This document shows, one piece after another, positions 40,790 to 49,599 of a DNA stretch of 64,000 nt. Both the position numbers and the translations under genes were made by a program. The first letter of the stretch is position 1, and every line of letters starts with the position of its first letter. Below the pieces are notes generated by a model. That model was not told where the DNA came from and made no database searches. It saw only the letters and a program-made list of their open reading frames with translations. Source of the DNA: Halarcobacter sp. (GTDB lineage Bacteria; Campylobacterota; Campylobacteria; Campylobacterales; Arcobacteraceae); contig OY781089.1 in assembly GCA_963676565.1 (NCBI GenBank), positions 864,001 to 928,000 on the forward strand. Reading direction: 5' to 3'.

Positions 40790-41295
40790 TGAAACAAAAG
40801 GGGATAGAGTTTAAAGGGATTAAATTTCTTTTTTTTGTTATAATCATTCATATATTTATATTTTTGTATGATAAAACTAGTAGTAGTTTAGCTCTTACAA
40901 AAAGCTTTGAGGTATTATTAAAGTTATTACCTATTTTTGTTGTAATTATATTAATGACAACTTTAATAAACTATTTTCTAAAGCCAAAATCGATTATGAA
41001 GCATTTTGGTAAAGATAGTGGAATAAAAGGGTGGATATATGCAACATTAGGTGGAGTTATTAGTCACGGTCCTATGTATGCTTGGTATCCAATGATAAGT
41101 GAATTAAGACAAAATGGATTAAAAGATGGGCTTTTAGCAACTTTTATGTTTACGAGGGCTATTAAAATCCCATTTATCCCTATTATAATAGATTACTTTG
41201 GTGTATTATTTTGTGTGATTTTTTTGACAAATATTTTAATTGCAGGGATATTACAAGGACTAATCTTTGAGGCTTTAAATAAAAAAAGAAATTAG
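40789..41295 (+). CDS. Small permease, DUF318/ArsP-like half
   Basis: About four TM segments; G..SG.KG...SHGPMYAWYP pattern. ATG 40789 overlaps the previous stop (TAATG). Confidence 0.7.
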   Translation: MKQKGIEFKGIKFLFFVIIIHIFIFLYDKTSSSLALTKSFEVLLKLLPIFVVIILMTTLINYFLKPKSIMKHFGKDSGIKGWIYATLGGVISHGPMYAWYPMISELRQNGLKDGLLATFMFTRAIKIPFIPIIIDYFGVLFCVIFLTNILIAGILQGLIFEALNKKRN

Positions 41296-41303
41296 GATTT
41301 TCT

Positions 41304-42689
41304 ATGCAAAAGATTTTTTATGAGGTAAACTTTTTAGACAAAAGATGTTACGAAAAGTTTGCTTTAACTGAAGATATACTTATGGAACATGCAAGTTTTT
41401 CAATGGCTAACTATATTGAAAACAATTTTGAAAATAAAAAAACAGTTTTAATTGTATGTGGAGTTGGAAATAATGGTGCAGATGGGATTGCCTTAGCTAG
41501 ATTGCTTTATTCAAAATTTAATGTCAAACTATACATTCCATATGGTGTTAAATCACAAATGGCACAATTGCAACTAAAAAGAGCAAACTTGATTGGTATT
41601 GATATTGTTGAAGATATTTGCCAATGCGATATTGTTGTTGATTGTTTATTTGGAAGTGGTTTAAATAAAGATTTAGATAAAAGTTCCCAAGAGTTAATTG
41701 AAAGTTTAAACCTACTTGATGCTTTTAAAATTGCTTGTGATGTCCCAAGTGGAATAAGCTCAACAGGAGAGATTACAACAGTAGCTTTTAATGCAGATGT
41801 AACTATTACTATGGGTGCATTAAAGGTTTCACTATTTTCTGATATGGCAAAAGATTATGTTGGTAAAATTGAGGTTTCAAATCTTGGTGTTCAAAGGGAA
41901 GTTTATGAAGATGATTCAACTCTTTTCCTACTTGATAAAGAGGATATGAAATTACCTCTTAGAGATAAAAAAGATGCTCACAAAGGAACATATGGACATC
42001 TAAATGTTGTTGCAGGGGCTAAAAAAGGTGCAGGAGTAATTGCTGCTAAAGCTGCTTTTGGTTTTGGAGCAGGGCTTGTAAGTGTTATTTGTCATGAGTG
42101 TATAGATTTACCATATCATATAATGCAAACTCATAAACTAAGTGAAAATTGTACAGCTATAGCAGTTGGTATGGGACTTGGTAATTATGAAGAAAAAGAG
42201 ATTGAAGTAATCTTAGAATCAAATATTCCAACAATCATAGATGCTGATTTATTTTATGAAGATGTTATTTTGAAAGCTTTAGATAAAAATGTTGTTTTAA
42301 CTCCTCATCCAAAAGAGTTTTGTGCTCTTTTAAAACTTACTGGTATAGCTAATATTGATGTGCCTACATTACAAAAAGATAGATTTAAATATTTAAGTGA
42401 ATTTTGTACTAAATATCCAAAAGTAGTATTACTTTTAAAAGGCGCAAATGTTTTAATAGGACAAGATAAAAATATTTATGTAAATACCTTTGGAAGTGCA
42501 GTATTAAGTAAAGGTGGAAGTGGAGATGTTTTAAGTGGTCTTGTTGCTGGATTATTAACACAAGGCTATAGTTGTTTAGATGCAGCTATTAGTGCAAGTT
42601 TAGCCCATACAATTGCTGCAAATAACTATAGAAAGAACAACTACTCTTTAATCCCATCAGATTTGGTTGAAGAGGTAAAGAAATTATGA
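41304..42689 (+). CDS. nnr: Bifunctional NAD(P)HX epimerase/dehydratase
   Basis: LMEHA, GVGNNGADG, DVPSG, HKGTYG, IDAD, TPHPKEF, GGSGDVL. Confidence 0.95.
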   Translation: MQKIFYEVNFLDKRCYEKFALTEDILMEHASFSMANYIENNFENKKTVLIVCGVGNNGADGIALARLLYSKFNVKLYIPYGVKSQMAQLQLKRANLIGIDIVEDICQCDIVVDCLFGSGLNKDLDKSSQELIESLNLLDAFKIACDVPSGISSTGEITTVAFNADVTITMGALKVSLFSDMAKDYVGKIEVSNLGVQREVYEDDSTLFLLDKEDMKLPLRDKKDAHKGTYGHLNVVAGAKKGAGVIAAKAAFGFGAGLVSVICHECIDLPYHIMQTHKLSENCTAIAVGMGLGNYEEKEIEVILESNIPTIIDADLFYEDVILKALDKNVVLTPHPKEFCALLKLTGIANIDVPTLQKDRFKYLSEFCTKYPKVVLLLKGANVLIGQDKNIYVNTFGSAVLSKGGSGDVLSGLVAGLLTQGYSCLDAAISASLAHTIAANNYRKNNYSLIPSDLVEEVKKL

Positions 42690-42994
42690 AACCAATAATT
42701 GTTCAAACCACTTGTTCTGATAAAAATGAAGCAAAAAAAATAGCAAAAGTATTGATTGAAGAATCCCTTGCAGCTTGTATACAAATGGAAAATATTGAGT
42801 CATTTTATAAGTGGGAAAATCAATTTTGTAACGATAAAGAGGTTCTTTTAAACATAAAAACAAAAAAAGAAAACTTCAAAAAAATCAAAAGCAAAATTAA
42901 AGAATTACATAGCTATGATGTGCCCGAAATTATCTGTATAAAAATAGAAAATTTGAGTAAAGATTACAAAAAATTTATAAGTGAAAACTGTTAG
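42686..42994 (+). CDS. cutA: Divalent-cation tolerance protein CutA
   Basis: LAAC, S.YKW, HSYDVPEI. Confidence 0.95.
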   Translation: MKPIIVQTTCSDKNEAKKIAKVLIEESLAACIQMENIESFYKWENQFCNDKEVLLNIKTKKENFKKIKSKIKELHSYDVPEIICIKIENLSKDYKKFISENC

Positions 42995-43021
42995 AGCAGT
43001 TAAAATGGAGGAAAAATAAAG

Positions 43022-43801
43022 ATGAGTGATATCCTAAAAATAGGTGAATACGAATTTAATAGTAGACTAATTGTTGGTTCTGGAAAGTATAAAGATTTTC
43101 AAACAACTAAAGATGCAACATTAGCTTCAGGAAGTGAATTAATTACTGTAGCAATTAGAAGAGTAAATATTACAAATCCAAATGAAGAAAATTTATTAGA
43201 CTATTTTAAAGATACAAATGTAAAACTACTTCCAAATAGTGCAGGATGCTTTACGGCCGAAGAAGCAATTACAACTTTTAGACTTATGAGAGAAGCAACT
43301 GGAATTGATATTATTAAACTTGAAGTTATTGGTGATGCACAAAAAACTTTATACCCAGATGTTATTGAGACAATCAAAGCTTGTGAAGTATTAAAAAAAG
43401 ATGGCTTTACAATTATGGCATATACTTCAGATGATCCAATTATTGCAAAACAATTAGAAAGCGCAGGGGCAGATGCGATTATGCCTTTAGCTGCACCTAT
43501 TGGTTCAGGATTAGGTATTCAAAATCCATATAATATTGCATTTATTAGAGATGCAGTTAATGTACCAGTTTTAGTTGATGCTGGATTAGGATGTGCATCT
43601 GATGCTTCTTATGCTATGGAATTAGGAGCAGATGGTATTTTAGCAAATACTGCAATTGCACAAGCACAAGACCCAATGGCAATGGCTGAAGCTTTTAAAT
43701 ATGCAACTATTGCTGGAAGATTAAGTTATAAAGCAGGAAGAATCCCTAAAAAACCTTATGCAACAGCTAGTTCACCTGTTGATGGATTAATCCAATTTTA
43801 G
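43022..43801 (+). CDS. thiG: Thiazole synthase
   Basis: [35 protein letters not shown]. Confidence 0.98.
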   Translation: MSDILKIGEYEFNSRLIVGSGKYKDFQTTKDATLASGSELITVAIRRVNITNPNEENLLDYFKDTNVKLLPNSAGCFTAEEAITTFRLMREATGIDIIKLEVIGDAQKTLYPDVIETIKACEVLKKDGFTIMAYTSDDPIIAKQLESAGADAIMPLAAPIGSGLGIQNPYNIAFIRDAVNVPVLVDAGLGCASDASYAMELGADGILANTAIAQAQDPMAMAEAFKYATIAGRLSYKAGRIPKKPYATASSPVDGLIQF

Positions 43802-43804
43802 GCA

Positions 43805-43838
43805 AAAAGTAGGAATTTTGAAAAAAAATCCTACTTTT
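43805..43838 (+). terminator. Hairpin after thiG
   Basis: AAAAGTAGGA...TCCTACTTTT inverted repeat. Confidence 0.6.
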
Positions 43839-43850
43839 CACAAAAAACCC

Positions 43851-43879
43851 TTGACAATGTAAAAAAAACATAGTATAAT
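43851..43879 (+). promoter_or_regulatory. Consensus sigma70 promoter of the tRNA operon
   Basis: TTGACA (43851-56), 17 nt, TATAAT (43874-79), followed by GC-rich discriminator TCCGTCC. Confidence 0.92.
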
Positions 43880-43911
43880 TCCGTCCACTTTTTGAAGAAA
43901 GAGTGACTGTT

Positions 43912-43989
43912 CGGGGCGTAGCGCAGTCTGGTTAGCGCACCTGGTTTGGGACCAGGGGGCCGGAGGTTCGAATCCTCTCGCCCCGACCA
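43912..43989 (+). tRNA. tRNA-Pro (TGG)
   Basis: Cloverleaf; anticodon arm CCTGG-TT TGG GA-CCAGG; GGTTCGAATCC; encoded CCA. Confidence 0.97.
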
Positions 43990-44002
43990 TTTTTTAGTAA
44001 GT

Positions 44003-44080
44003 GGTAGGTATAGCTCAGTTGGTTAGAGCATCGGGTTGTGGTTCCGAGGGCCGTGGGTTCGAATCCCATTACTTACCCCA
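44003..44080 (+). tRNA. tRNA-His (GTG)
   Basis: G-1 and C73; anticodon arm TCGGG-TT GTG GT-TCCGA; CCA end. Confidence 0.95.
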
Positions 44081-44093
44081 TTTTTTATTTATT

Positions 44094-44170
44094 GCGTCTG
44101 TAGCTCAGCTGGATAGAGCACACGCCTTCTAAGCGTGCGGTCAAAGGTTCGAATCCTTTCAGGCGTGCCA
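44094..44170 (+). tRNA. tRNA-Arg (TCT)
   Basis: Anticodon arm CACGC-CT TCT AA-GCGTG; CCA end. Confidence 0.97.
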
Positions 44171-44242
44171 CTTTTATAGATTTGAGTTGATTTATCAACT
44201 GAATCTTTTTTTTTGTCTTTTTGAAGACACTTTTTTAATGTT

Positions 44243-44327
44243 GCGGATGTGGTGAAATTGGTAGACACGCCAGACTTAGGATCTGGTGCCTCACGGTGTG
44301 GAGGTTCGAGTCCTCTCATCCGCACCA
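44243..44327 (+). tRNA. tRNA-Leu (TAG)
   Basis: Anticodon arm CCAGA-CT TAG GA-TCTGG; long variable arm; CCA end. Confidence 0.97.
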
Positions 44328-44362
44328 CTTTATAAAAACAAGCATTTCATATTATCTTGAAC

Positions 44363-44437
44363 TGGGGTATCGCCAAGTGGTAAGGCAACGGTTTTTGGTA
44401 TCGTCATTCACAGGTTCGAATCCTGTTACCCCATCCA
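44363..44437 (+). tRNA. tRNA-Gln (TTG)
   Basis: TGGGGTATCGCCAAG start; anticodon loop TT TTG GT; CCA end. Confidence 0.95.
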
Positions 44438-44459
44438 CCTTGGATAAAATCTTTCAAAT

Positions 44460-44536
<77 letters not shown>

Positions 44537-44627
44537 ATCAAAAAATTAAATATCAAAATACAAATCAATTACTTTAAGACTAATTTAAACGAATTTAAGA
44601 ATTCTTTTAAATTAATCTTCAAAAAGC

Positions 44628-44656
44628 TTGCTATTTATACTTGATTCAGTTATGAT
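44628..44656 (+). promoter_or_regulatory. Likely promoter of the cold-shock gene, giving a ~140-nt 5' UTR
   Basis: TTGCTA, 17 nt, TATGAT; long leaders are typical of csp genes. Confidence 0.6.
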
Positions 44657-44801
44657 GTCCGAACTTAAAGAAAATTAGTCTTATTTACATTGTTTGAATT
44701 CTATTAACATCTGCGTTGACATTAACTCTCAAATATTTAAAACTTGGTTTACACTTTACTAAAACTTCATAAATGAAGTATATACATATAAAAGGATCTC
44801 T

Positions 44802-45020
44802 ATGTCAAATAGATACAATGGAACAGTTAAATGGTTCAACAATGAAAAAGGTTTTGGATTTATCCAGAGAGAAGATACAGGAACAGATATTTTTGTTCAC
44901 TATAGAGAAGTAACTAACACTGGTTATGGAAGAGTTTCACTAGATGAAAATCAAAAAGTAAGTTTTTTAATTGGTAATAATACTAAAGGTGACTTTGCAC
45001 AAAGTGTAGAATCTATATAA
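44802..45020 (+). CDS. Cold-shock protein (CspA family)
   Basis: GTVKWFN..KGFGFI (RNP1), DIFVHY (RNP2); AAAGGA RBS. Confidence 0.97.
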   Translation: MSNRYNGTVKWFNNEKGFGFIQREDTGTDIFVHYREVTNTGYGRVSLDENQKVSFLIGNNTKGDFAQSVESI

Positions 45021-45195
45021 CTATCTTCTAATACTTATATAATACTAAGTTTATAAGGCCACAAATAAAATGGCTTTGTAAACTTTTTTACTTATTTTAA
45101 CTCTAATAAATTTTTTAATAAAACATTATTGATATATTAAATAACAGCATTGGTGAACAATAATATTGTTGAACATAATTAACTAAAGGAATAGA

Positions 45196-45330
45196 ATGTA
45201 CATTCTTACAAAAAAATACAAATATGAAGTTTTTCAAAGACTATTAAAAATTGAAGAAAATTTTGAAGTTGCTTGCTCAAAGTCAGGGATTACTCAAAGT
45301 CAAGGAAAAAGTTTTTTAGCTAAAAATTAA
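45196..45330 (+). CDS. Small 44-aa ORF, possible HTH mini-protein
   Basis: AAAGGA RBS then ATG; MYILTKKYKYEVFQRLLKIEENFEVACSKSGITQSQGKSFLAKN; below the ORF track cutoff. Confidence 0.55.
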   Translation: MYILTKKYKYEVFQRLLKIEENFEVACSKSGITQSQGKSFLAKN

Positions 45331-45342
45331 GTTTTAGCTAAA

Positions 45343-46023
45343 CTAAAATGTAGAAATATCTTTACTTATAAATTTATACCCAACACCCCTAATATTTGCA
45401 ATCATCCCATTTTTTAATTTTTTTTGTAACTTGTGAATTACACTTCTCATACTAACGGCTTCAACAGCTTTATTATCCCAAACATATTCATGAATCATTT
45501 CTGATGTAACTGTTTTATCAAGATTATCTACAAAAAGAGTTAATAGCAGTTTTTCCTTATGGGTTAAAACAATTTCATGGTCATGTTTATATAGGTTTTG
45601 ATCTTTTAGATTAAATTTATATCCAAAACCTAATTCAATAACATCTTTATCTATATCATTTTTTAAAATTGTTTTAATATGATATTTTAGATGTAAAAGA
45701 AGTTCCTCAAGTTCAAAGGGTTTTTTTAAATAATCATTGCATCCAAGTTCATAAGCCTTTGAGATATTATCAATATCTAATTGGGCACTTACTATTATAA
45801 CTGGCAAATTGTCATGCTTTTTTCTAATCTCCTCTAAGACTTCATGTCCAGAAAAACCTGGTACATTTATGTCTAAAATATATAAATCATAGTTGTTGTT
45901 CAAGATATTTGTCATTGCATCATAACCATTATCTACACTTGTAACAAAAAAACCTTTTTGTTCTAAGGCATTGCTGATTAATTTATTTAATGAAAAATCA
46001 TCTTCTAGTAAAAATATTTTCAT
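45343..46023 (-). CDS. OmpR-family response regulator
   Basis: LLEDD, LDINVP, KPF, C-terminal IRGVGY. Confidence 0.93.
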   Translation of the reverse strand: MKIFLLEDDFSLNKLISNALEQKGFFVTSVDNGYDAMTNILNNNYDLYILDINVPGFSGHEVLEEIRKKHDNLPVIIVSAQLDIDNISKAYELGCNDYLKKPFELEELLLHLKYHIKTILKNDIDKDVIELGFGYKFNLKDQNLYKHDHEIVLTHKEKLLLTLFVDNLDKTVTSEMIHEYVWDNKAVEAVSMRSVIHKLQKKLKNGMIANIRGVGYKFISKDISTF

Positions 46024-47078
46024 ACACTCTTCTTTGTAATTGCTTCAATATCAAAAATAAATTTTGTTCCACAATTTTTTTCACTTCTAATATCAATAAG
46101 TATTCCATATTTATCACAAATCTCCTTAACTATATTAAGCCCTAAACCCAAACCTAGCTTTTTATTTGATTTTTGATAGTATTCCTCAAAGATAAGTTCT
46201 GTATCTTCAATACCAATACCAAAATCCTCAATACTTATTATGGTTTTATTATCTTCAATTCCAAAAAATACATCTATTTCAGATGATTCTTTACTATATT
46301 TTATAGCATTACTAATTGTATTATCAATTAATCTTTCAAATTCATATCTATTTATAAAAACCTCTAATTCATCTGAAAACTCAAGATTTATATGAATATC
46401 CTTTGTATTTGCTAATTCATCAAAAAATTGTATTCTTGAACTAATAAACTTCAAAAGATTTATCTTCGTGATTTTATACTCACGGCTTTCTTTTTTAACT
46501 TTGTAAGATAAATCTCCATATATGGAACTTAGTGTTTTACTTGAGGCTCTTATAGATTCAATCTCCTTTGACAAACCATATTTTTGTTCAATCAATTCAG
46601 TATTTAAAGATATTATTGAAACAGGAGTATTCATCTCATGCATAATTTTTTTTACAAATAAATCTTGTTGTTCTAGTAAAGAAGCAATGGTTATTTTACT
46701 TTTATATATTTCAAGTTGGGTTCTAACTCTAGCTTTAACCTCTTTTGGTTCAAATGGCTTAGTGATATAATCAACACCACCTTGGCTAAAAGCTTTAACT
46801 TTACTATCTATATCATCCAAAGCAGAAATAAAAATAATAGGGATATCTTTTAAGTTCTCCTCTTCTTTTATTATCTTACAAACTTCAAAACCATCCAAAT
46901 CTGGCATTTTAATATCAAGTAAGATTAAGTGTGGAGGATTGTTTTTTGATGATTCAATAGCAAATTTTGCATCTATGGAAGCTTTTATCTCATAGTTTTC
47001 ATCTTTTAATATCTCATTTAGATATTTTAAATTCTCTTTTTTGTCATCAATTATAAGTACTGTGTAGTTTTTAGTCAT
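46020..47078 (-). CDS. Soluble REC-HisKA-HATPase hybrid kinase
   Basis: N-terminal receiver (IDD, LDIKMP, KPF), H-box HEMNTP, NAIKYS, DFGIGI, GLGLGL. Confidence 0.92.
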   Translation of the reverse strand: MTKNYTVLIIDDKKENLKYLNEILKDENYEIKASIDAKFAIESSKNNPPHLILLDIKMPDLDGFEVCKIIKEEENLKDIPIIFISALDDIDSKVKAFSQGGVDYITKPFEPKEVKARVRTQLEIYKSKITIASLLEQQDLFVKKIMHEMNTPVSIISLNTELIEQKYGLSKEIESIRASSKTLSSIYGDLSYKVKKESREYKITKINLLKFISSRIQFFDELANTKDIHINLEFSDELEVFINRYEFERLIDNTISNAIKYSKESSEIDVFFGIEDNKTIISIEDFGIGIEDTELIFEEYYQKSNKKLGLGLGLNIVKEICDKYGILIDIRSEKNCGTKFIFDIEAITKKSV

Positions 47079-47153
47079 ATATTAATCTTCTTAAACATCC
47101 TAGTTTGTTAAGATTATAGAATAATTAATGTAAAAAGCTATTTAGGATTTTTA

Positions 47154-49445
47154 GTGAATTTAAAAAGACTCTTCATGTTACTGTTTATTTTAAATACAGT
47201 TTCATTTATCTGTGTTGCTATTGTGATTAATAAATATCAAAAGGCAGCAAACGAATTGGAAAATGCATATAAAATGCAATACAAATCTTTGATTTTAACT
47301 CAAGAATTAAGACAAAGTAGTGATGACTTAACAAGGATGGCAAGAACCTATGTAATAACTGGTAATCCAATGTTTGAGGAGCAGTTTAAAACTGTTCTTG
47401 ATATTAGAAATGGAGATAAACCAAGACCTAAAAGATATAATGGAATCTTTTGGGATTTTTTTACTTTAGGGGATAAAAAACCAAATTTCAATGGTGAAAA
47501 AATTGGTTTAAGAGATTTGATGATAAAAGCAAACTTTACAGAAGAAGAGTTAGATATGCTTTTTGAATCTCAAAAGGAATCTGACGATTTAACTAACCTT
47601 GAACATAAAGCTATGAATGCAGTAAAAGGGATTTTCCAAGATGAAAAGGGTGATTATACTATTTATGGTGAACCTGATTTTAAATTAGCTAGAGAGATTA
47701 TGCATGGGGATGAATATCATAAAGCAAAAATTAGGATTATGAAACCCCTTGATGATTTTTATAGAGCCTTTGAATCAAGAACAAAACAAAAGGTTGATGA
47801 TGCAAAATTAGTTTTGCAAAAACAAGAGTTTAATGTAAATGTTATTGTTCTTTTTTCTGTACTTTTATTTTTATTATCTTTCTTTATTATTCTTTTTAGA
47901 ATCATTTACCCTATAGATTTACTTAGAATTGCCATGGTAAAACTATCTTCCAATGATATGAGTGTAGAGGTTGAAAAAAACAAATATGAAGATGAGGTTG
48001 GGGATATGATTGGTGCAGTTCAAATTTTCAAAGAAAATACTGAAAAACTAATTGAAAGTGAACAACAAATTAAAAAAGCAATGCAAGAAGCAACCCATGC
48101 AAACAAAGCAAAATCTATATTCTTAGCAAGAATGAGTCATGAGCTAAGAACACCTTTAAACGCTATATTAGGATTTACAAATCTACTAAATAAATCAGAA
48201 AATATCAATATACAAGAAAAAAAGAATTTAGATACCATAAAAAGAAGTGGAAAACATCTTTTAAATATTATTAATGAGATTCTTGAATTATCAAAAATTG
48301 AAGCAGGAAAAATAGAGCTAAATCCTAAAGCCTTTCAACTGCATGAATTGATTAAAGATATTGATTCTATGTTTGCTTTTAGATGTGAATCAAAAGGTTT
48401 AACTTTTAATCTAAATGTTGACTCAAATATTCCTAATATCATAAAAGCAGATGAACAAAGACTAAGACAAATTCTAATTAACCTTTTAGGCAATGCTTTA
48501 AAGTTTACAAAAAAGGGAAAAATCACACTAAATATTTATGAAAAAAACAAAAGATTGTTTTTTGAAGTAAAAGATACTGGAATTGGTATTGAAAAAGAGG
48601 ATCAAAAAAAGATTTTTAAACCCTTTGAGCAGATTAAAAAAGATGATTATAAATCAAATGGAACAGGACTAGGGTTATCAATCACTAAAGAACTAATCAC
48701 TTTAATGGGCGGTTCAATCTATGTAAAAAGTTTTGTAAAATCTGGTAGTGAATTTTATTTTAGTATTGATTATGAAGATTCAGATGAAATACAATTTGAA
48801 GAAAAAGGCTATTTAAAAGATATTGTAGGAATAGAAAAAGTTGAAGATGCTACTATCTTAGTTGTTGATGATATAAAAGAAAATAGAGATTTAGCAATTC
48901 AGATATTAGAGCAGTATGGTTTTATAACTTGTTCTGCTTCTTCTGGTGAAGAGGCAATTGAGATTGTTAAATCAAAAGATATTGATTTGATATTTATGGA
49001 TACATTAATGCCTGGAATGGATGGACATGAAACTACAAAGGTGATTAAAAATCAATTAAAAAAACAAGATATACCTATTATAACCCTTTCAGCAAATGTT
49101 TTTGAGGATGATAAGCAAAAGGCGATTAAAAATGGTGCCGATGATTTCTTAGCAAAACCTATAGACGAAAAACAATTAATAAAAATACTTCAAAAATATC
49201 TTCATGTAGAATTAAAATTTGATGAGACAAAAAAATCACAAGAAGAAGATGAAGAGATTTTTACAAATCTATCAAAGGAGTTTTTTATTAGTTTAAAAAA
49301 CTTTGCATTACAAATGGATAATAGCTCAATATATGAATTACTTGAAAAAAGCTCAATTGATGATAAAAGTAAACTACATATAAAAAACTTAATAGAGGAG
49401 TTTGATTATCAGGCACTTGTAAAAGTTTGTGATCAAAGGTTATAA
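47154..49445 (+). CDS. Membrane hybrid sensor kinase (periplasmic sensor-HAMP-HisKA-HATPase-REC)
   Basis: Two TMs, HAMP (DEVGDM), MSHELRTPLNAILGF, NLLGNALKFT, GTGLGL, receiver MDTLMP. Confidence 0.93.
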   Translation: MNLKRLFMLLFILNTVSFICVAIVINKYQKAANELENAYKMQYKSLILTQELRQSSDDLTRMARTYVITGNPMFEEQFKTVLDIRNGDKPRPKRYNGIFWDFFTLGDKKPNFNGEKIGLRDLMIKANFTEEELDMLFESQKESDDLTNLEHKAMNAVKGIFQDEKGDYTIYGEPDFKLAREIMHGDEYHKAKIRIMKPLDDFYRAFESRTKQKVDDAKLVLQKQEFNVNVIVLFSVLLFLLSFFIILFRIIYPIDLLRIAMVKLSSNDMSVEVEKNKYEDEVGDMIGAVQIFKENTEKLIESEQQIKKAMQEATHANKAKSIFLARMSHELRTPLNAILGFTNLLNKSENINIQEKKNLDTIKRSGKHLLNIINEILELSKIEAGKIELNPKAFQLHELIKDIDSMFAFRCESKGLTFNLNVDSNIPNIIKADEQRLRQILINLLGNALKFTKKGKITLNIYEKNKRLFFEVKDTGIGIEKEDQKKIFKPFEQIKKDDYKSNGTGLGLSITKELITLMGGSIYVKSFVKSGSEFYFSIDYEDSDEIQFEEKGYLKDIVGIEKVEDATILVVDDIKENRDLAIQILEQYGFITCSASSGEEAIEIVKSKDIDLIFMDTLMPGMDGHETTKVIKNQLKKQDIPIITLSANVFEDDKQKAIKNGADDFLAKPIDEKQLIKILQKYLHVELKFDETKKSQEEDEEIFTNLSKEFFISLKNFALQMDNSSIYELLEKSSIDDKSKLHIKNLIEEFDYQALVKVCDQRL

Positions 49446-49492
49446 ACCTCAATGTATACTAAATATACAAATAAATTTTATAGTTACTTAAA

Positions 49493-49527
49493 AAAACAAC
49501 ACTAAAACAACACTTCTTTTTTATACT
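49493..49527 (+). promoter_or_regulatory. Perfect 11-bp tandem repeat (OmpR-type site) plus -10 upstream of urtA
   Basis: AAAACAACACT twice (49493-49514), then TATACT at 49522-49527. Confidence 0.62.
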
Positions 49528-49599
49528 TCATCTCAAGAAAATATCAAACTAAAAAAACGCGAATTTTTTAGTTTGGTATTAAATCTAATAGGAGATCGT

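Noticed and set aside
42995..43021. TPP riboswitch before thiG
   Set aside because: Only 27 nt of intergenic space and no TPP consensus.
44089..44328. 79-aa minus-strand ORF
   Set aside because: Antisense to tRNA-Arg and tRNA-Leu; a typical spurious ORF.
49446..49599. Guanidine or other riboswitch before urtA
   Set aside because: AT-rich leader without recognisable ykkC-type or ACGR hairpin motifs.
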